Assembly: GCF_036515215.1 (NCBI RefSeq)
Contig: NZ_DATBVQ010000060.1
Location: forward strand, 4,391 to 68,390
Length of the DNA: 64,000 nucleotides
Source: Flavobacterium sp.
Lineage (GTDB): Bacteria > Bacteroidota > Bacteroidia > Flavobacteriales > Flavobacteriaceae
Direction of reading: 5' to 3'
A program made the position numbers and the translations under genes. How positions within the stretch are numbered: the first letter of the stretch is position 1; every line of letters begins with the position of its first letter. The notes beneath the pieces were generated by a model. It was not told the DNA's origin. It made no database searches and saw only the letters and a program-made list of their open reading frames with translations. Positions 60,059 to 64,000 of the stretch are shown one piece after another.

Positions 60059-61129
60059 ATGGCAGGAAATAGCTACGGGACACTATTTAGGATAACCACT
60101 TTCGGAGAATCACACGGGGAAGCCCTAGGCGGAATTATAGATGGTTGCCCATCAGGAATAGAATTGGATTTGGAGGCAATTCAACTTGAAATGTCTCGAA
60201 GAAAACCCGGTCAATCGGCAATCGTTACACAACGTAAAGAACCAGATGATGTTCAATTTTTATCTGGAATCTTTGAAGGAAAAACCACTGGAACACCAAT
60301 AGGTTTTATCATTCCAAACACAAACCAAAAATCAGACGATTACTCCCACATAAAAGACAATTACAGGCCCAGCCATGCGGATTACGTGTATGAAAAAAAG
60401 TATGGTGTGCGTGATTATAGGGGCGGCGGAAGAAGCTCTGCTCGGGAAACGGCAAGTAGAGTGGTTGCAGGTGCAATTGCAAAACAGATGTTACCGGAGA
60501 TAAAAATTAATGCTTATGTCTCTTCCGTAGGACCAATCTTTTTGGAAAAACCTTATCAAGAACTGGATTTTTCTAAAACGGAGAATAATCCGGTGCGGTG
60601 TCCGGATGAAGAAATGGCAGCAGTAATGGAAGATTATATCCGTGAAATTCGCAAAGAAGGCAATACAGTAGGAGGAACGGTAACATGCGTAATACAAAAT
60701 GTGCCAATCGGATTGGGCGAACCGGTTTTCGATAAGCTTCATGCGGAGTTGGGTAAAGCGATGTTATCCATAAATGCCGTAAAGGGATTTGAATATGGGA
60801 GCGGGTTTTGCGGCGCCAAAATGAAAGGAAGCGAACACAACGATTTATACAATGCAGACGGTACCACGAAGACGAATCTTTCTGGTGGTATTCAAGGGGG
60901 AATCAGTAACGGAATGGATATTTATTTCAGAGTGGCGTTTAAACCTGTTGCCACCATTATGCAAAAACAGGAGTCTCTCGATAATAAAGGAAATATAACC
61001 GAAATGACAGGCAAAGGGCGTCACGACCCATGTGTGGTGCCACGTGCGGTACCTATTGTTGAAGCTATGGCGGCCATAGTTCTCGCCGATTTTTATTTGA
61101 TAAACAAAACCTATAATTCACATCTTTAG
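60059..61129 (+). CDS. aroC: Chorismate synthase
   Basis: [30 protein letters not shown]; start ATG 60059 (promoter element TATATTTG at 60035 lies inside the longer ORF call). Confidence 0.97.
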   Translation: MAGNSYGTLFRITTFGESHGEALGGIIDGCPSGIELDLEAIQLEMSRRKPGQSAIVTQRKEPDDVQFLSGIFEGKTTGTPIGFIIPNTNQKSDDYSHIKDNYRPSHADYVYEKKYGVRDYRGGGRSSARETASRVVAGAIAKQMLPEIKINAYVSSVGPIFLEKPYQELDFSKTENNPVRCPDEEMAAVMEDYIREIRKEGNTVGGTVTCVIQNVPIGLGEPVFDKLHAELGKAMLSINAVKGFEYGSGFCGAKMKGSEHNDLYNADGTTKTNLSGGIQGGISNGMDIYFRVAFKPVATIMQKQESLDNKGNITEMTGKGRHDPCVVPRAVPIVEAMAAIVLADFYLINKTYNSHL

Positions 61130-61206
61130 GAGCTGTCACCCGCTTTCCGCTTTATCTTTCCTTGCTTAAAGAAAGCAAGGAAAGGATGTCGTTGTAATCA
61201 GGGCTA
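61125..61206 (-). ncRNA. Flavo-1-like structured RNA / flavobacterial repeat
   Basis: Minus strand TAGCCCTGATTACAACGACATCCTTTCCTTGCTTTCTTTAAGCAAGGAAAGATAAAGCGGAAAGCGGGTGACAGCTCCTAAA; perfect inner stem CTTTCCTTGCTT/AAGCAAGGAAAG; family assignment is from memory. Confidence 0.55.
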
Positions 61207-61278
61207 AAACCCAATCATTAACAATAAATCAGATGAATTTTTTAATTTCAGTTTGTCGGATATAATAGAATTAAAATT

Positions 61279-62559
61279 ATGAGAAATCTCGCGATGCACT
61301 GGAAAATTCTGATAGGAATGATATTAGGGTTGCTCTTTGGATTATTAATGAAAAATTTGGAGCAAAAAGGATTGGTAGTCGATTGGATAAAACCTTTTGG
61401 GACCATTTTTATCAATCTGCTTAAAATGATAGCCGTTCCGCTGATAGTAGTTTCGCTAATCGTGGGATTAGCCGATTTAAAAGATATTTCAAAACTTTCT
61501 AAATTGGGAAGCAGAACGGTATTGTTTTATTTAAGTTCGACGGTTATCGCGGTTTCCATTGGTTTAGTACTGGCCAATTTAATTAAACCAGGGAAGTACA
61601 TAAATGACGAATCTAGAGAAAGCCTGATCAAAAATTTTTCGACTGATGCTTCACAAAAAATAGAGTTGGCGGTAAAAGCCAAGAATAGCGGACCACTTCA
61701 GCCTTTGGTTGATATTGTTCCAGACAATTTTTTCAAAGCCTTGAGCGATAATGGAAGTATGTTACAGGTGATATTATTTGTCATTCTTATCGGTATTGGA
61801 CTTATTTTAATCGAAGAAAAAAAATCTAAACCTGTTGTGGAATTTTTTAAAGGGATGAATGAGGTTATCATGAAAATCATCGACATTATTATGCTGTTTT
61901 CGCCTTATGGTGTTTTCGCTCTGATGGCAGCTTTGATGGTAGAAATACCGGATTTCTCTACCTTAGGCGCCTTGGGGATTTATGGGTTGACTGTGTTATT
62001 GGGTTTGTTTATAATGACATTTATATTCTATCCGACATTACTGATGATTTTTGCTAAAGTAAATCCTATTAAATTCTATAAAGCTATTGCTCCCGCGCAA
62101 TTGCTTGCTTTTTCTACCAGTTCAAGTGCGGCTACACTTCCTGTCACCATGGAATGTGTGACTGAGAATCTGGGAGTTGACGAGGAGGTGTCTAGTTTCG
62201 TACTGCCATTGGGCGCAACAGTGAATATGGACGGAACGAGTCTGTATCAGGCGGTTGCTGCCATTTTTATTGCCCAGGCAATGCTTCCTGAGGCATTAGA
62301 CCTTCAAACACAGTTGATGATTGTCGTTACAGCGACTCTTGCGTCAATAGGATCAGCAGCAGTGCCCAGCGCCGGTATGGTGATGCTGGTGATCGTCTTG
62401 GGACAGGCCGGCATTCCGGAAGCAGGATTAGCTCTTATCTTTGCTATTGACAGGCCATTAGACATGTGTAGGACGGTTGTCAACGTTACGAGTGATTCTA
62501 CAATAGCGGCGATCGTGGCAAAATCAGTGGGGAAATTAAAGACACCCAAGGGATTTTAA
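61279..62559 (+). CDS. Dicarboxylate/amino acid:cation symporter (DAACS, GltP-like)
   Basis: AFSTSSSAATLP, LGATVNMDGT, ASIGSAAVP, IDRPLDMCRTVVNV. Confidence 0.93.
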   Translation: MRNLAMHWKILIGMILGLLFGLLMKNLEQKGLVVDWIKPFGTIFINLLKMIAVPLIVVSLIVGLADLKDISKLSKLGSRTVLFYLSSTVIAVSIGLVLANLIKPGKYINDESRESLIKNFSTDASQKIELAVKAKNSGPLQPLVDIVPDNFFKALSDNGSMLQVILFVILIGIGLILIEEKKSKPVVEFFKGMNEVIMKIIDIIMLFSPYGVFALMAALMVEIPDFSTLGALGIYGLTVLLGLFIMTFIFYPTLLMIFAKVNPIKFYKAIAPAQLLAFSTSSSAATLPVTMECVTENLGVDEEVSSFVLPLGATVNMDGTSLYQAVAAIFIAQAMLPEALDLQTQLMIVVTATLASIGSAAVPSAGMVMLVIVLGQAGIPEAGLALIFAIDRPLDMCRTVVNVTSDSTIAAIVAKSVGKLKTPKGF

Positions 62560-62721
62560 CCATTTCACTGGTGGAATCTGCTGTGGATTTTTTTTTCTAT
62601 AATTTTTTTCTTTTTAGCATAGATAGAATGCCTCAAAAGTTCATTACTTTGTTAATATTTGGTTTCTAAAAGTGTTAAATTTCAAACATATAGATGTATG
62701 TTTGTAAACCAATAGCTACTT

Positions 62722-64000
62722 ATGTTTCAGATGCGAATCGTTTTGTTTCTTTTTATTTCATTGAACATGTTTAGTAATGGATCCATTACTGAAACGACTT
62801 TGACGGCAAGAGAAAGAACAATTTCATTAATAAAAGAAGCCCAATGTTACTTGGACGAGGCCAATTACGAAAAATCTTTTTCGAGCTCCAGAGTCGCATT
62901 GCAAGAGGCTTTGAAGATTAAAGATAACTACCTTATTGCCAAATCCTACAACAATATTGGAGCAACTTATGAGGACTTGTCCGAATACGACAAAGCCATT
63001 TTTTATTATAAAAGAGGCTTGAGTTACGCCAATAAGACGGAAAATGACAACATTAAGAATGCGTTAAATAATAATTTAGGTAATGTATATTGTTTTGAAA
63101 AAAAGCAATTTGACAAAGGGTTGGATTATTATAAGAAGTCATTGGAATATGGGTATAAAATAGCTGATACTAGCCAGATATATGTCACTGAGTTAAATTT
63201 TGCTTGGGCCTATTTTTATTCTAAAAATTTTGAAAAAGGGAAACCTAGTTTGGATTTTATAAATGCACACAAAAATAAATATGGTGACGAGACAACTACA
63301 GTTGCGTTAAACATGTTAAACGGGATGTATTTCGGGAATAAATTGGAATATGAAAAGGCAAGTTCATTTTTTTTAAAGGCTATTAAGATTGGTAACCAAG
63401 GGAATGAAAAATCGGATTTGTCATATGCGCATGAAGAGTACTCTGTATTATTGAGGAAGATGGGCAAATACAAGGAAGCTTATGAAAATTTGGTTCTCTA
63501 CCACAACATTCGAAAAGGGCTCGAGGATTCGGAAATGCAAAAGAAAGCCAATGTTGTGGGAGTTAATCTCGAATTGGATGAATACAAAAGAAAAGTCGAT
63601 GTAATTGAGATTGAAAAAAAACTGCAATACCAAAGTTTACAAAAATCCAAGATTATTGTTCTGTTGTTCGTTATTGTTTTGGGAGTGCTTTTACTTTTAT
63701 TCTACTCTCTTTATAAAAATTACAATTTCAAGAAAAAAAAGAATTCCGAACTTATTATTGCCAACGACCAATTAAGTGTCGCTAAGGAAAAAGCCGAAAT
63801 GGCATCACAACTTAAATCCCAATTTGTTTCGACAATTACCCATGAACTAAGAACGCCTTTATACGGAGTTTTAGGGATAACAAATATGCTGCAGGACGAG
63901 CATAAGGAATTAGCGAACAGTCCACATTTAAGTTCGCTTAAATTTTCTGCGAGATACTTGTTGTCACTCGTTAACGACGTTCTTCAAATTAATAAAATAG
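62722..64000 (+). CDS. TPR-containing sensor histidine kinase (5' part; runs off the window)
   Basis: Open frame from ATG 62722 (MFQMRIVLFLF...), TPRs (AKSYNNIGATYEDLSEYDKAIFYYKRGL), TM (IIVLLFVIVLGVLLLLFY), H-box STITHELRTPL; promoter element TATGTTTG at 62697. Confidence 0.9.
   Translation, partial: MFQMRIVLFLFISLNMFSNGSITETTLTARERTISLIKEAQCYLDEANYEKSFSSSRVALQEALKIKDNYLIAKSYNNIGATYEDLSEYDKAIFYYKRGLSYANKTENDNIKNALNNNLGNVYCFEKKQFDKGLDYYKKSLEYGYKIADTSQIYVTELNFAWAYFYSKNFEKGKPSLDFINAHKNKYGDETTTVALNMLNGMYFGNKLEYEKASSFFLKAIKIGNQGNEKSDLSYAHEEYSVLLRKMGKYKEAYENLVLYHNIRKGLEDSEMQKKANVVGVNLELDEYKRKVDVIEIEKKLQYQSLQKSKIIVLLFVIVLGVLLLLFYSLYKNYNFKKKKNSELIIANDQLSVAKEKAEMASQLKSQFVSTITHELRTPLYGVLGITNMLQDEHKELANSPHLSSLKFSARYLLSLVNDVLQINKI

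Noticed and set aside
63216-63633. Two short minus-strand ORFs
   Set aside because: Antisense to the histidine kinase frame, which the ORF track missed because it has no stop in the window

Overview
A 64-kb core-chromosome segment of a Flavobacterium-like member of Bacteroidota, judged from TAnnTTTG promoter elements, T9SS C-terminal domains and gene order. It is mostly housekeeping: thrABC, hutH, a rimB-rimK fusion, clpC, gyrA, thiolase, three tRNAs (Ser-GCT, Pro-TGG, Arg-TCT), rsmE, tsaD, tamB, pfkA-gap, lptD, amidase-mlaD, a split FadF/EtfD-like Fe-S oxidoreductase, a GH3/beta-lactamase fusion, bshA, aroC and a partial TPR histidine kinase. No integrase, transposase, prophage or CRISPR array was seen. 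The most notable signals are: (1) an unannotated 34-aa Thr-rich leader peptide with its own promoter and a stop-codon hairpin upstream of thrA; (2) a CotA-type multicopper oxidase with a T9SS sorting domain; (3) a probable non-AUG start for tamB, with face-to-face tsaD/tamB promoters; (4) several small structured intergenic elements (REP-like palindrome, heptamer-repeat hairpin, Flavo-1-like RNA, three-way junction in the tRNA spacer); (5) tandem M43 lipoprotein proteases; and (6) a Fe-S oxidoreductase / Cys protein / bshA neighbourhood. All calls come from motif reading and recalled family knowledge; no searches were run.
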